64,000 bases of DNA from an uncultured bacterium. GTDB lineage: Bacteria; Chloroflexota; Limnocylindria; QHBO01. The notes below the pieces were generated by a model, which was given only the letters and a program-made list of their open reading frames with translations, did not search any database and had not been told where the DNA came from. Shown in pieces: positions 46,274 to 57,926 of the stretch (positions within the stretch are counted from its first letter, which is position 1; each line of letters begins with the position of its first letter). A program made the translations under genes and the position numbers. The stretch lies in contig CBFGTN010000002.1 in the NCBI GenBank assembly GCA_965652075.1, positions 1,372 through 65,371 on the forward strand, read 5' to 3'.

Positions 46274-46680
46274 CGCACCGTCTCCCCGGGCTTCGAGCCC
46301 GCGGCCCAGTCGAGGGCGCGTTCGAACGGCTCGGTGCCGCCGGCCTTGTCGACCACGGTCGTGTGCTCGTCGTCGGTGATCATCGCGGGGAGCCCTCCGC
46401 TCGTCTGGCCCGTCCAGTAGATGACCGGCAGATCGGGGTATCGATGTCGCGTCGCCAGGAACAGCGCCGCGCTCAGCTCGTGCTCGAGGCGCCAGTCGAG
46501 GATGACGGCCGTCGGCCGCGCATCGTCGCGGAGCGCCGCGAGGAACGGCAGCGGCGCGCGAAAGACCGACACGCCCGCCCCCCAGCCCTCGCACAGCTCG
46601 GCCGCGAGCGTCGCCGCGGCCGGCTCATCCTCGACGATCCAGACGTGGCGTCGCGGGCGGGTCGAGTCGGGCGCGGTCAC
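46270..46680 (-). CDS. Stand-alone receiver-domain protein
   Basis: VWIVEDEP, AVILDWRL (acceptor Asp), VIYWTG, VVDKAG. GTG start at 46680. Confidence 0.65.
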   Translation of the reverse strand: MTAPDSTRPRRHVWIVEDEPAAATLAAELCEGWGAGVSVFRAPLPFLAALRDDARPTAVILDWRLEHELSAALFLATRHRYPDLPVIYWTGQTSGGLPAMITDDEHTTVVDKAGGTEPFERALDWAAGSKPGETVR

Positions 46681-46738
46681 GCCGCGCCCCCTGCATGCGA
46701 GGTGCCGACGAATGGGCCGCGCTCTACCATGATCATCG

Positions 46739-47980
46739 ATGAGCGTACCCCCACGGCGCGAGACGCCGACCGTGCTGGTGGGCGGCGTCCCGGTCGGGTC
46801 GGCCCATCCGGTCGTCGTTCAGTCGATGACGAACACCGACACCGCCGATGCGGACGCCACCGCCATCCAGGTCGCGCAGCTCGCCCACGCCGGCTCCGAG
46901 CTCGTGCGGATCACGGTCAACAACGACGCGGCCGCGCAGGCCGTGCCCGTCATCCGCGCGAAGCTGGACGCGCTGGGAGTTGGCGTGCCCCTCATCGGGG
47001 ACTTCCACTACAACGGGCATCTGCTGCTCACGAAGTACCCGGAGGCGGCCGCCGCCCTGGCGAAGTACCGCATCAACCCGGGCAACGTCGGCACGAAGCG
47101 CCGGGACGAGCAGTTCGCCCAGATCATCGAGGTCGCGATCGCCAACCGGGTGCCGGTTCGGATCGGCGTCAACTGGGGCTCGCTCGACCAGCAGCTGCTG
47201 ACCGAGATGATGGACGCGAACGCCGCGTCGCCGGATCCGCGCGACAGCCGCGAGGTGATGATCGAGGCGATGATCGAGTCCGCGCTGCGGTCGGCTCGCC
47301 TCGCCGAGGAGACCGGGCTCGCGCACGACCGGATCATCCTGTCGGCCAAGGTGTCCGGGGTCCCGGACCTCGTCGAGGTCTACGCCCGGCTCGCGGAGCG
47401 CTGCGACTACCCGCTCCACCTCGGCCTGACCGAGGCCGGCATGGGTGCCAAGGGCATCATCGCGTCGACCGCCGGCCTCGCTGTCCTGCTCCAGCGCGGG
47501 ATCGGCGACACGATCCGCGTCAGCCTGACCCCGGAGCCGGGCGGCGACCGGACCCAGGAGGTGCAGGTCGCGCAGCAGGTGCTGCAGTCGATGGGCCTCC
47601 GCTCGTTCCTGCCCCAGGTGTCGGCCTGCCCCGGCTGCGGCCGGACGACGAGCACCTTCTTCCAGGAGATGGCCCGGGACATCCAGGACTACCTCGTCGA
47701 GCAGATGCCGCGCTGGCGCGAGGCGCATCCGGGCGTCGAAGAGCTGCGGGTCGCGGTCATGGGCTGCGTCGTCAACGGCCCTGGGGAGTCGAAGCACGCG
47801 GACATCGGGATCAGCCTCCCGGGCACGTTCGAGGAGCCGGTGGCCCCGGTGTTCGTCGACGGCGAGAAGACGGAGACGCTGCGTGGCGACGACATCGTCC
47901 CGCGCTTCCTCGCGATCCTCGACGACTACGTCGAGCGCCGATATCCCGCTCCCGGCAGCGCCATCGGCGCCCGATCCTGA
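46739..47980 (+). CDS. ispG: 4-hydroxy-3-methylbut-2-en-1-yl diphosphate synthase
   Basis: [13 protein letters not shown], Fe-S Cys ligands in [12 protein letters not shown] and [11 protein letters not shown]. Confidence 0.92.
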   Translation: MSVPPRRETPTVLVGGVPVGSAHPVVVQSMTNTDTADADATAIQVAQLAHAGSELVRITVNNDAAAQAVPVIRAKLDALGVGVPLIGDFHYNGHLLLTKYPEAAAALAKYRINPGNVGTKRRDEQFAQIIEVAIANRVPVRIGVNWGSLDQQLLTEMMDANAASPDPRDSREVMIEAMIESALRSARLAEETGLAHDRIILSAKVSGVPDLVEVYARLAERCDYPLHLGLTEAGMGAKGIIASTAGLAVLLQRGIGDTIRVSLTPEPGGDRTQEVQVAQQVLQSMGLRSFLPQVSACPGCGRTTSTFFQEMARDIQDYLVEQMPRWREAHPGVEELRVAVMGCVVNGPGESKHADIGISLPGTFEEPVAPVFVDGEKTETLRGDDIVPRFLAILDDYVERRYPAPGSAIGARS

Positions 47981-48053
47981 GACCGATTCCTCCCGGCTCG
48001 GTCCCGGCCGGCCCGGGACATTCATTCCTTGCGTGGGTCATCCGGCACGGTTA

Positions 48054-48072
48054 TACTTGCTCATAGCAAGTA
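48054..48072. promoter_or_regulatory. Perfect 8-bp-arm palindrome in a local low-GC island
   Basis: TACTTGCT-CAT-AGCAAGTA lies between the ispG stop (47980) and ATG 48096 of the next gene. The surrounding ~60 bp are visibly AT-richer than the rest of the window. Confidence 0.3.
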
Positions 48073-48095
48073 GCACATATTCGGAGACCGGACCG

Positions 48096-48527
48096 ATGCC
48101 TGGAACGACGCAGCACGTCCGCACGAGCGCGGCGCTGGCGGTGGGCCTGACCGTCGCGATCGTCGATCTGACGCTGATCACCGCCTACATCCACTCCACC
48201 CTGGGCGGGACGCTGTTCATGCTCAACGCCCTGGGCTACGCGGCGCTGGCGGTCGCGATCGTGGCCACCGCGCTCCCGCATCCGTTCCTGCGTCGCTTCG
48301 CGTGGGTGCCGAGGCTGGGCCTCGCGGCGTACACGACGCTGACGATCGTGGCGTACCTGGTCATCGGCCCGTACTTCACCCTCGGCTGGGTGGCGAAGGC
48401 CGTCGAGGTCGGAATCCTGGTGCTGCTGGCGGCCGACCTGGCCCGGCTGTACGGATCCCCGGCCGAGCTCGTGCGCGCGGCGCTCGACTCGATCCGACCC
48501 GGGACGGGTCCCGTCCCCGCGGCCTGA
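48096..48527 (+). CDS. Four-TM hypothetical membrane protein
   Basis: ATG 48096 with GGAG 9 nt upstream. 143 aa, four hydrophobic helices. Confidence 0.6.
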   Translation: MPGTTQHVRTSAALAVGLTVAIVDLTLITAYIHSTLGGTLFMLNALGYAALAVAIVATALPHPFLRRFAWVPRLGLAAYTTLTIVAYLVIGPYFTLGWVAKAVEVGILVLLAADLARLYGSPAELVRAALDSIRPGTGPVPAA

Positions 48528-48530
48528 GCG

Positions 48531-48722
48531 TTAGCCCCCTGCGGCCAGGAAGGTCCAGGTGGCGAGAGCGAACGCCAGCAGGATGAAGGCGACGAGGGCC
48601 AGCGGCAGGAAGGCGACGCTGAGCGGCTGACGGCGGGGCAGCGGCTCCGCGGCCGCCGTCTCGTCGAGCTCCGCGAGCGGCATCTCCGGGCGCGTGGCGG
48701 GGAGATTCGTGTCCATGCTCAT
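48531..48722 (-). CDS. 63-aa single-TM protein, last gene of the oxidase operon
   Basis: ATGA overlap with the TlpA-like gene. C-terminal helix [26 protein letters not shown]. Confidence 0.5.
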   Translation of the reverse strand: MSMDTNLPATRPEMPLAELDETAAAEPLPRRQPLSVAFLPLALVAFILLAFALATWTFLAAGG

Positions 48723-49279
48723 TCGCCCTCCATGATCGCAGCCACCTTGTCGTCGAGCGAGTCGGCGGTGAACTGGCCGATGTGGCGAGCGACGATTCGC
48801 CCGTCACGCCCGATGAAGTAGGTCTCGGGCGGCGCGAAGATCTTATACGCCTCCGCCACCCGACTGTCCGGATCCATCGCGGCAGCCCACGTCCCGCCGT
48901 TGCGCGCCATGAAGGATCGGGCCGACTCGAGCCGGTCCTGGTACACGATCCCGACGATCACCAGGCCGTCGTCGATGTGCTCCTCGGCGACCTCCCGCAG
49001 GAGCGGGAACTCCTCGACGCACGGCCCGCACCACGATGCCCAGAAGTTGACGATCACCGGGTGGCCGCGCAGGTCGGCCAGTCGCACCCGGTTGCCGTCG
49101 AGGTCGACGAGGTCGAAGCCCGGCGCCATGCTGCCGATCGTCGTCGGGGTGGTCGACGGGCCGCGCACGAGGATGGCGACACCCAGGACGCCGAGCAGGA
49201 GCAGCGGCAGGACGGCGGCGACGAGGAGGACCCTCCGCGGCAGGCGCCGCAGATCGGGACCGCGGGCGCCGGTGGTCAT
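48719..49279 (-). CDS. TlpA/ResA-like membrane-anchored thiol:disulfide oxidoreductase
   Basis: N-terminal TM helix, thioredoxin motif FWASWCGPC, AhpC/TSA-like fold pattern. Confidence 0.88.
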   Translation of the reverse strand: MTTGARGPDLRRLPRRVLLVAAVLPLLLLGVLGVAILVRGPSTTPTTIGSMAPGFDLVDLDGNRVRLADLRGHPVIVNFWASWCGPCVEEFPLLREVAEEHIDDGLVIVGIVYQDRLESARSFMARNGGTWAAAMDPDSRVAEAYKIFAPPETYFIGRDGRIVARHIGQFTADSLDDKVAAIMEGE

Positions 49280-49285
49280 CGAGGG

Positions 49286-49654
49286 TCAGTTGGACGCGGC
49301 CTGGTCGTCGTGCGGTGCATGGGACCCGTGTCCGCCGCCGTCCACTTCGTGCCACTCGCGGTTCGCGGCGACGACCCACCAGACGATCCCGAGCACGAAG
49401 ATCACGAGGCCGGGAATCGCCAGGAACGGGTTCGCCAGCTGGTCTTCCGAGCGGAACGCGAGCCCGGCGCCCATGAGCGCCCCGCCGATCGAGAGGACGA
49501 TCGGCAGGAAGCTTCCGGGCGGCAGGTGCACGCCTTCCGGCGGCGTCGGTCGCGGACGCGCGGGGCCGCGCCGCGATGAGACGGCGAACACGACACCGAG
49601 GACGACGAGCATCCCGCCGCCGACGATGAGGAAGCCGATGGTCGTGTCGTTCAT
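49286..49654 (-). CDS. Small polytopic membrane protein, putative cytochrome oxidase subunit IV
   Basis: 122 aa, three or four TM helices, located directly after ctaE as ctaF is in Bacillus-type operons. Assigned by position only. Confidence 0.5.
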   Translation of the reverse strand: MNDTTIGFLIVGGGMLVVLGVVFAVSSRRGPARPRPTPPEGVHLPPGSFLPIVLSIGGALMGAGLAFRSEDQLANPFLAIPGLVIFVLGIVWWVVAANREWHEVDGGGHGSHAPHDDQAASN

Positions 49655-49663
49655 CGTCAGCGC

Positions 49664-50281
49664 CTAGCCGAGCAGGTAGATCGTGCTGAACACGGCGATC
49701 CAGACGACGTCGACGAAGTGCCAGTAGATGCTGACCGCCTCGACAGCGACATGGTTCCGCGCGCTGAACTGGCCCTGCAGGGCGCGCGCGAGCAGGATCG
49801 TGAGGCCCACCGCCCCGCCGAAGACGTGTGCTCCGTGGAAGCCGGTGAGCGTGTAGAACACCGTCCCGAACGGGCCGTCCGCGATCCCGAAGCCGAGCTG
49901 GCTGTAGTCGTACAGCTGGCCGGCGAGGAAGAGCAGCCCGAGGCCGAGCGTGATCGCCGTCCACAGCCGCAGCTTGCCGGTATCGCCGCGGCGGATCGCG
50001 AAGACGCCGAACTGCATCGTGAAGCTCGACGCCACGAGGATGACGGTCAGGACCGCGGCGAGCTGGAAGTCGAGGTGGCCGCCCGCCGGCGGGTGCCAGC
50101 TCTCGGGACCGACCGCCGCCCTCGCGTTGAAGTAGGTCGCGAACAGGCCGCCGAAGAACATCACCTCGCTGGCGATGAACAGGAGCATCCCGACCATCGG
50201 GATCGCCATGCCCGTCGCGTGCGTGACGATCGGCTCGTGGCCCTCGCCGGCGGGCTGGGCGGACGCCGTCTGCGCGGTCAT
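49664..50281 (-). CDS. ctaE: Cytochrome c oxidase subunit III
   Basis: [14 protein letters not shown] and [11 protein letters not shown] motifs. ATG 50281 overlaps the ctaD stop (ATGA). Confidence 0.9.
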   Translation of the reverse strand: MTAQTASAQPAGEGHEPIVTHATGMAIPMVGMLLFIASEVMFFGGLFATYFNARAAVGPESWHPPAGGHLDFQLAAVLTVILVASSFTMQFGVFAIRRGDTGKLRLWTAITLGLGLLFLAGQLYDYSQLGFGIADGPFGTVFYTLTGFHGAHVFGGAVGLTILLARALQGQFSARNHVAVEAVSIYWHFVDVVWIAVFSTIYLLG

Positions 50282-51969
50282 ACCAGGCCACCCCGCTGCT
50301 GCACGTCGTCCCCCTCGTGCTCCTCGAGATCGTCCGGATGTTCGGCGGCATGCCCGTGCCCGTGCGTGAGGAAGAACAGCGGCCGCTCGGAGTGGACCGG
50401 CGGCAGGCGGTCGAAGTTGTACGGCGGCGGCGGGCTCGTCGTCGCCCACTCGAGCGTGTTGCCCTCCCATGGGTCGTCGCCGGCCGGCTCGCCGTTGATG
50501 AGCGAGGCGACGACGTTGATCAGGAACGGGATCACGCTCACCGCGATCATGAACGCGCCGACGGTCGACACGATGTTCAGGTACGTCCAGCCGGCATCCG
50601 GGCTGTAGTCGCTGATCCGGCGCGGCATGCCGGAGAGTCCGAGCTGGTGCATCGGGAAGAAGGCGAGGTTGAAGCCGATGAAGTGGAGCCAGAAGTGGAC
50701 CTTGCCCAGCGGCTCGTTCAGCATCCGGCCGGTCATCTTCGGGAACCAGTAGTACGCCGCCGCGAAGACGCCGAACACCGCGCCGCCGAAGAACACGTAG
50801 TGCAGGTGCGCGACCACGAAGTACGTGTCCTGGACGTGGAAGTCGATCGGCGGCGAGGCGAGCATGACGCCGCTGATCCCGCCGATGAGGAACATCGCGA
50901 TGAAGCCGAGGGCGAACAGCATCGCCGTCGTCAGCGAGATCTTGCCCTTGTACAGCGTGCCCAGCCAGTTGAACATCTTGATCCCGGTCGGGATCGCGAT
51001 GAGCGCGGTCATGAAGCTGAAGAACGGCAGGAAGACCGATCCGGTGGTGAACATGTGGTGCGCCCACACCGTCCAGCTCAGCAGGCCGATGCCGATCGTG
51101 GCGAACACGAACGCCTTGTAGCCGAAGAGCGGCTTACGGCTGAAGACGGGCAGCACCTCGCTCACCACGCCCATCGCCGGCAGGATGACGATGTAGACCT
51201 CCGGGTGGCCGAAGAACCAGAAGATGTGCTGCCACAGGATCGGGTTGCCGCCGGCCTGCGGGTCGAAGAACGATCCGCCGTAGTTGCGATCGATGAAGAG
51301 CGCGATGAGCCCGGCCGTCAGCACCGGCGTGGCCAGCAGGATGAGGACGGCCGTGACGAGGACGGTCCACACGAAGATCGGCATCCGGAACAGCGTCATG
51401 CCCGGCGCCCGCATCTTGAAGATCGTGGTGATGAAGTTCACCGCGCCGAGGATCGAGGCGGTCCCGACGAGGGTGAGGCCGATGATCCACAGGTCGGTCC
51501 CGGGGCTCTCCGCGCGGTTCGCGAGCGGGGTGTACGACGTCCAGCCCTCGGCGGCGGCGCCGCCGAAGAGGTAGCCGCTGAACATCAGCAGGCCGCCCAG
51601 CGGCAGCAGCCAGAAGCTCAAAGCGTTGATGCGCGGGAACGCCATGTCCGGCGCGCCGAGCTGGAGCGGCACGATGTAGTTCGCGAAGCCGGACAGCACC
51701 GGGATGATGAACAGGAACAGCATGATCGTCCCGTGCATCGTGAACGCCTGGTTGAACGTGTCCTGGTCCAGGATCTGGAGGCCGGGGACGGCCAGCTCGC
51801 TGCGCACGAGGAGAGCGAGGATCCCCGCGCCGAAGAAGAACAGGAAGCTGTTGACGATGTACAGGATCCCGATCTTCTTGTGGTCGACGGTCGTCAGCCA
51901 GTCGATCACCCACGACCGCCGATAGGCGGACGGGGCGCCGGCCTGGGGCTCGAGGGTCGTCGTGGCCAT
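50278..51969 (-). CDS. ctaD: Cytochrome c oxidase subunit I (haem-copper oxidase, A-type)
   Basis: [31 protein letters not shown]. 563 aa. Confidence 0.95.
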   Translation of the reverse strand: MATTTLEPQAGAPSAYRRSWVIDWLTTVDHKKIGILYIVNSFLFFFGAGILALLVRSELAVPGLQILDQDTFNQAFTMHGTIMLFLFIIPVLSGFANYIVPLQLGAPDMAFPRINALSFWLLPLGGLLMFSGYLFGGAAAEGWTSYTPLANRAESPGTDLWIIGLTLVGTASILGAVNFITTIFKMRAPGMTLFRMPIFVWTVLVTAVLILLATPVLTAGLIALFIDRNYGGSFFDPQAGGNPILWQHIFWFFGHPEVYIVILPAMGVVSEVLPVFSRKPLFGYKAFVFATIGIGLLSWTVWAHHMFTTGSVFLPFFSFMTALIAIPTGIKMFNWLGTLYKGKISLTTAMLFALGFIAMFLIGGISGVMLASPPIDFHVQDTYFVVAHLHYVFFGGAVFGVFAAAYYWFPKMTGRMLNEPLGKVHFWLHFIGFNLAFFPMHQLGLSGMPRRISDYSPDAGWTYLNIVSTVGAFMIAVSVIPFLINVVASLINGEPAGDDPWEGNTLEWATTSPPPPYNFDRLPPVHSERPLFFLTHGHGHAAEHPDDLEEHEGDDVQQRGGLV

Positions 51970-51992
51970 CTTGCTCTCGCGCGCTCCGCTCT

Positions 51993-52973
51993 CTACTCGC
52001 CGACGACGAGGTCGCCCGACATCGTCGGATGGATCGTGCAGTAGAAGGTGTACAGCCCGGCCTCCATGGCCGGGACGACATAGGTGATCGAGCCCCCGGG
52101 CTGAACGTCCTCGCCGTTGAAGTCGGTCCCCTCGATGCCGATGTCGTGCACCACCGTGTCGTTGTTCGTGAACTCGATGCAGAAGTCCTCACCCGCCGGC
52201 ACCTCGATCGAGTCGGTGTCGAACTGCAGCGACTCGACCGCGGCGACCTGGACGGTCGTGCCGCACTCCCCGCTGGGCGGCTCCGGGGGCGGGCTCCCGG
52301 ACGCGAGCGCCTCGATGTAGGCCTCGTAGTCCGCGCGCTCCATGGCATCGACGACGAACACCATGCCGGCATGGTCGGTGCCGCAGAACTCCGCGCATTG
52401 GCCGGCGTACGTGCCCACCTCGGTGATCGTGAACGTCAGCTCGTTCGGGCCGCGGGCGTCGCCGAAGTCGATGACGTCGCGCTTGATGAGGAAGTCCGGG
52501 ACGTAGAACGCGTGGTTGACGTCGAGCGAGTTCAGGATCAGGCGCACCGGCTCCCCCACCGGGAGGGCGAGGGTGGGCGGCTGCCCCGCGGCGCCGGTCA
52601 CATCGGCGCCGTTCTCATAGCGGAACGTCCACTGCCACTGGAACGCGTCGACCTCGACGGTCGTCGCGTCCTCGACGTTCGAGCTGGCCTCCACCTCGCC
52701 GAGGGTCAGCATGCTGAAGAAGAAGAGGATGAACACGATGACCGTGGGGATCGCGGTCCAGATGATCTCGACCGTGTTGTTGCCGTGGAGCTGCTCCGGC
52801 AGCACCTCGTCGCCGGGCTGGCGCCGGTAGCGGAACACCGCGTACAGGATGAAGCCCTCGACGCCGACGAAGACGATCGCGGCGAGGGCCAGGACGATGA
52901 GGTACAGGTTGAAGACGTCCTGCCCCGCATCGGTCTTCGGGGCCGGCGGCAGCAGGCAGCCGGCCAGGAGCAC
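51993..52973 (-). CDS. ctaC: Cytochrome c oxidase subunit II with an extra C-terminal amicyanin-like type-1 copper domain (true start probably upstream of 52973)
   Basis: Two TM helices. CuA site is the His in VNHAFYVP plus [13 protein letters not shown] ~95-aa tail follows, with the His in VVHDIG and YCTIHPTM (C-x2-H-x2-M). The lipobox LLAGC sits at the very start of the GTG-initiated ORF. Confidence 0.88.
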   Translation of the reverse strand: MLLAGCLLPPAPKTDAGQDVFNLYLIVLALAAIVFVGVEGFILYAVFRYRRQPGDEVLPEQLHGNNTVEIIWTAIPTVIVFILFFFSMLTLGEVEASSNVEDATTVEVDAFQWQWTFRYENGADVTGAAGQPPTLALPVGEPVRLILNSLDVNHAFYVPDFLIKRDVIDFGDARGPNELTFTITEVGTYAGQCAEFCGTDHAGMVFVVDAMERADYEAYIEALASGSPPPEPPSGECGTTVQVAAVESLQFDTDSIEVPAGEDFCIEFTNNDTVVHDIGIEGTDFNGEDVQPGGSITYVVPAMEAGLYTFYCTIHPTMSGDLVVGE

Positions 52974-53191
52974 GACGAGGGCGAGCGGCGCGAGCCGCCA
53001 GGCGATCGTCCGCAGGCGGGTGCCGGGCGCCGGGTCGTGAATCGGCTCGATCTCGAGGGCTCCTCAGGTCAGCGTTCCGAAGGGGCGTCGGCCTCGCGCG
53101 TCAGGCACGCACGCACCGGTGGGCTGACGGGCGACACGAGCCGCATTGTAGCGAAGGGCGTCGGAACGGCGCCATCGGACGCCGCGCTCGG

Positions 53192-54181
53192 TCAGCCGGC
53201 AGCGACCTCCTGGTCGCACGTTGCCGCATCGCCGGGATACAGCGGCCGCGCGAGGGCCGTAAAGCGATCGTCGCCATCCGAGGTCCAGATCGTCTGCTGG
53301 TTCGACGCGCTCAGCTCGACGAACCACGCCTCGGCTACCTCGCCCTCTACCACGCCGCACCGCGTCCCGTCGCCGAACTGCGGGACCTCGTCGCCGAACG
53401 CGGCCGGATCGTCCTCTGGGAGTGGCCACTGGCGGACCATCGCGGGAAGCTCGCCGCCCTCGACCGGCTCGCCGGTGACGTCGCGGACGTAGAGCCTGAA
53501 CGCGCTTGGGGCGTATGGCTGCCAGCCCTCCGCCTCCCAGGCGTCGGCGGGCACGGACGTGTCGATCGTCATCAGCGCGTCGCGGAGCTGGCTGAGGACG
53601 GCGTGCGCGTCGATCTCGGCCTGGTCGATGTTCTCGAAGTTCCCGCCGAGGCTTGGGTCGAGCAGCCCGAGGCCGTAGACGGCCACCGTCACCTCGTCGC
53701 CGTTCGCGTTGAGGCGGAAGACCGTGTCGGTCGCGTCGGCGATGACGTTCATCGCGCCACGGAGCTCGAGGTCACCCGTGAAGAGGTTCGTGTCCTCGAC
53801 TGCCTCGAGCACGGCCTGGATGCCGCCCTCGGACATCGTTCGCTCCTGGAGCGCCGGCAGCGCCGGGCCTGGGAACTCGAGCGTCTGGAACCCCTGCACG
53901 ATCACCCGCCCGTCCCCGTACAGCGCGAATGTCGGGACGCGCGTGGCGATCATCTGCGGCATCGCGAACCCGCCGGTCTCCTCGACGACGAGGATCGGCT
54001 CGTCGGCACCGGCCGGATGCTCGATCCCTCCCGTCTCGCCGCCCCCATCCGTTGCGCTCGGCGGCGGCTCGGAGCCGCCACCTCCATCGGAGCCCGATGC
54101 CACCGGCGAGCGACCGGAGGTGGCGCAGGCCGCGAGGAGGATGGAGAGCACGGCGAACGAGCCCGGGACGATTCGTCTCAT
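53192..54181 (-). CDS. Hypothetical lipoprotein between the oxidase operon and ctaG
   Basis: ATG 54181. Signal peptide with lipobox MRRIVPGSFAVLSILLAAC, a Gly/Ser/Pro linker, and a ~280-aa acidic domain. No family recognised. Confidence 0.6.
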   Translation of the reverse strand: MRRIVPGSFAVLSILLAACATSGRSPVASGSDGGGGSEPPPSATDGGGETGGIEHPAGADEPILVVEETGGFAMPQMIATRVPTFALYGDGRVIVQGFQTLEFPGPALPALQERTMSEGGIQAVLEAVEDTNLFTGDLELRGAMNVIADATDTVFRLNANGDEVTVAVYGLGLLDPSLGGNFENIDQAEIDAHAVLSQLRDALMTIDTSVPADAWEAEGWQPYAPSAFRLYVRDVTGEPVEGGELPAMVRQWPLPEDDPAAFGDEVPQFGDGTRCGVVEGEVAEAWFVELSASNQQTIWTSDGDDRFTALARPLYPGDAATCDQEVAAG

Positions 54182-54233
54182 GGCCGCATGGACGCCGAGC
54201 TCGAACCGTCGGTTCCCGCGATTTCGCGCCAGA

Positions 54234-55213
54234 ATGCATCCGATGCGTCGCATTGCCCCCGCGCTCGCCATCGCGCTTCTCGCCGTCACGCCGGCCGTCG
54301 TCCTTGCGCACGGCGAGGCGGCGCCGTCACCCACGTTCCCGGCGGTCCTGCTCGCGTGGCGCTTCGACCCGCTCGTCGTGATCGGGCTCGGGGCGGCCGC
54401 GGTCGCATACCTGTGGGCGGTGCGATCGGTGAACCTCGCGCATCCGCGCAACCCGCATCCGCGGACGCGGACATGGTCCTTCCTCGCCGGCCTGTCCGCG
54501 ATCGGCCTCGCGCTGTCGTCGCCGATCGAGGCCTACGAGGGGATGCTGTTCAGCGTCCACATGACCCAGCACCTGCTGCTCATGCTCGTCGCGCCGCCGC
54601 TGCTCCTGGGCGGCGGTCCGATCACGCTCGCCCTGCGCGCCGCGAGTCAGCCGGTGCGGCGTCGGCTGCTATGGGTGCTTCACAGCCCGGTGCTGAAGGC
54701 GATCTCGTTCCCGGTCGTGACCTGGATCCTGTTCGCGGCCGTCAACTGGGGCTGGCACTTCAGCGTCCTGTACGACGAGGCGCTCGAGAACCAGCTGCTG
54801 CACTACGTCCAGCACGCGACGTTCCTCGGCGCGGCCCTCCTGTTCTGGTGGCCGGTCATCGGCGTGGACCCCGGCCCGTGGCGGATGCCGTACCCGGTCC
54901 GGCTCTTCTACCTCTTCCTGGCGCTGCCCCAGAACTCGTTCCTGGGGGTCGCCCTGCTGAGCACGGGCACGGTGCTCTACCCGCACTACGTCACGAACCC
55001 TCGGACCTGGGGTCCGACGCCGCTCGAGGACCAGCAGCTCGGGGGGATCCTCATGTGGGTGGCGGGCGACATCGCCTTCCTCCTCGCGATGGTCGTCGTC
55101 ATCTGGGCGTGGCTGCGCCACGAGGAGCGTCGAACGGCCGGCCTCGACGAGCGCCTCGAAGCCGAGCGGCTGGCGCGGGGCGAGGAGCCGTGGACGCCGC
55201 GCGTACCGCGCGG

Positions 55214-55229
<16 letters not shown>
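54234..55229 (+). CDS. ctaG: Cytochrome c oxidase assembly factor CtaG (Bacillus/caa3 type)
   Basis: HMTQHLLLMLVAPPLL and WWPVIG motifs, about seven TM helices. Start is ATG 54234 or 54243. Confidence 0.8.
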
Positions 55230-57010
<1,781 letters not shown>

Positions 57011-57095
57011 CGTCGACAGGTTCCTCGTGGCCGCTGCGGCTGACGACGATGCCGAGCGGGCGCGCACATGATAGCCGCGGCCAGTTGTGACGCTC

Positions 57096-57926
57096 TCAGG
57101 CCCCGAGGCGACGCTCCGCACGGGCGATCCGGCGCTCGGCGGTGCGCGCGTGTGGCACGAACCGAAGTGCCGGCGGGACGAACGGCAGGGCCCTCCGACT
57201 GAGCGCGGCCAGCCAGTCGACGCCGCGTTCTCGAGCCGGCGTCCAGCGGATGCCGTACTGGCGCCGCAGCGCCTCCGGCAGCGTCGCGACGGAGATGAGA
57301 TGCGCGGCGTCCCAGGCGACCCGCGGAACCGGTCCGCCGGGGTAGAGCACGGTGCGTGCAATCCGCCGTGCGTCCGGTGTCACGCGGACCGTGCCAGCGT
57401 CGATCATCCCGGCCATCCACGCCCGCAGCTCCGGAACGTCCGCGGGCAGCAGCTCGGCGGGGACGCCGAGGCGCATCGCGACCTCGTTTGCCTCGAGCAG
57501 GTACGCCCGCTCCTCCCCGGGGGCGAGCGGGTGCACGAACCGCGCGTAGATCCGCAGCGCGGTGTCGATGAGCGTGGCGTGGACCCAGAGCAGCGCCTCC
57601 GGCTCGGCCGCCGCGTAGGGCGCGCCCGACGGCAGACGGCCGTGGACAGCGGCGTGGACGGCATTGACGCGCCGGATCGCGGCCTCGGCTCGGGTCCGCG
57701 TCCCGAAGACGACGTCGAAGCTCGCGGAGAGCGTCCGCAGCAGGCGGCCGAACGGGTCGGTCGCGTACGTCGAGTGCTCGACGACGCCGGCCGCGACGAC
57801 GGGGTGCGCGGCCTGCATGAGCAGCGCGCACGACCCGCCGGCCAGGACGATCACCTCGCGGTCGACCTGCCATGCGACGCTGCCGGGCCCGAACAGGCCA
57901 GCCGCCTCGCGCACCGCCGCGCTCAT
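57096..57926 (-). CDS. MpaB-family (DUF2236) oxygenase-like protein
   Basis: GPGSVAWQVDREVIVLAGGSCALLMQAAHP is the typical DUF2236 N-terminus. ATG 57926 overlaps the rhomboid stop (ATGA). Confidence 0.75.
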   Translation of the reverse strand: MSAAVREAAGLFGPGSVAWQVDREVIVLAGGSCALLMQAAHPVVAAGVVEHSTYATDPFGRLLRTLSASFDVVFGTRTRAEAAIRRVNAVHAAVHGRLPSGAPYAAAEPEALLWVHATLIDTALRIYARFVHPLAPGEERAYLLEANEVAMRLGVPAELLPADVPELRAWMAGMIDAGTVRVTPDARRIARTVLYPGGPVPRVAWDAAHLISVATLPEALRRQYGIRWTPARERGVDWLAALSRRALPFVPPALRFVPHARTAERRIARAERRLGA

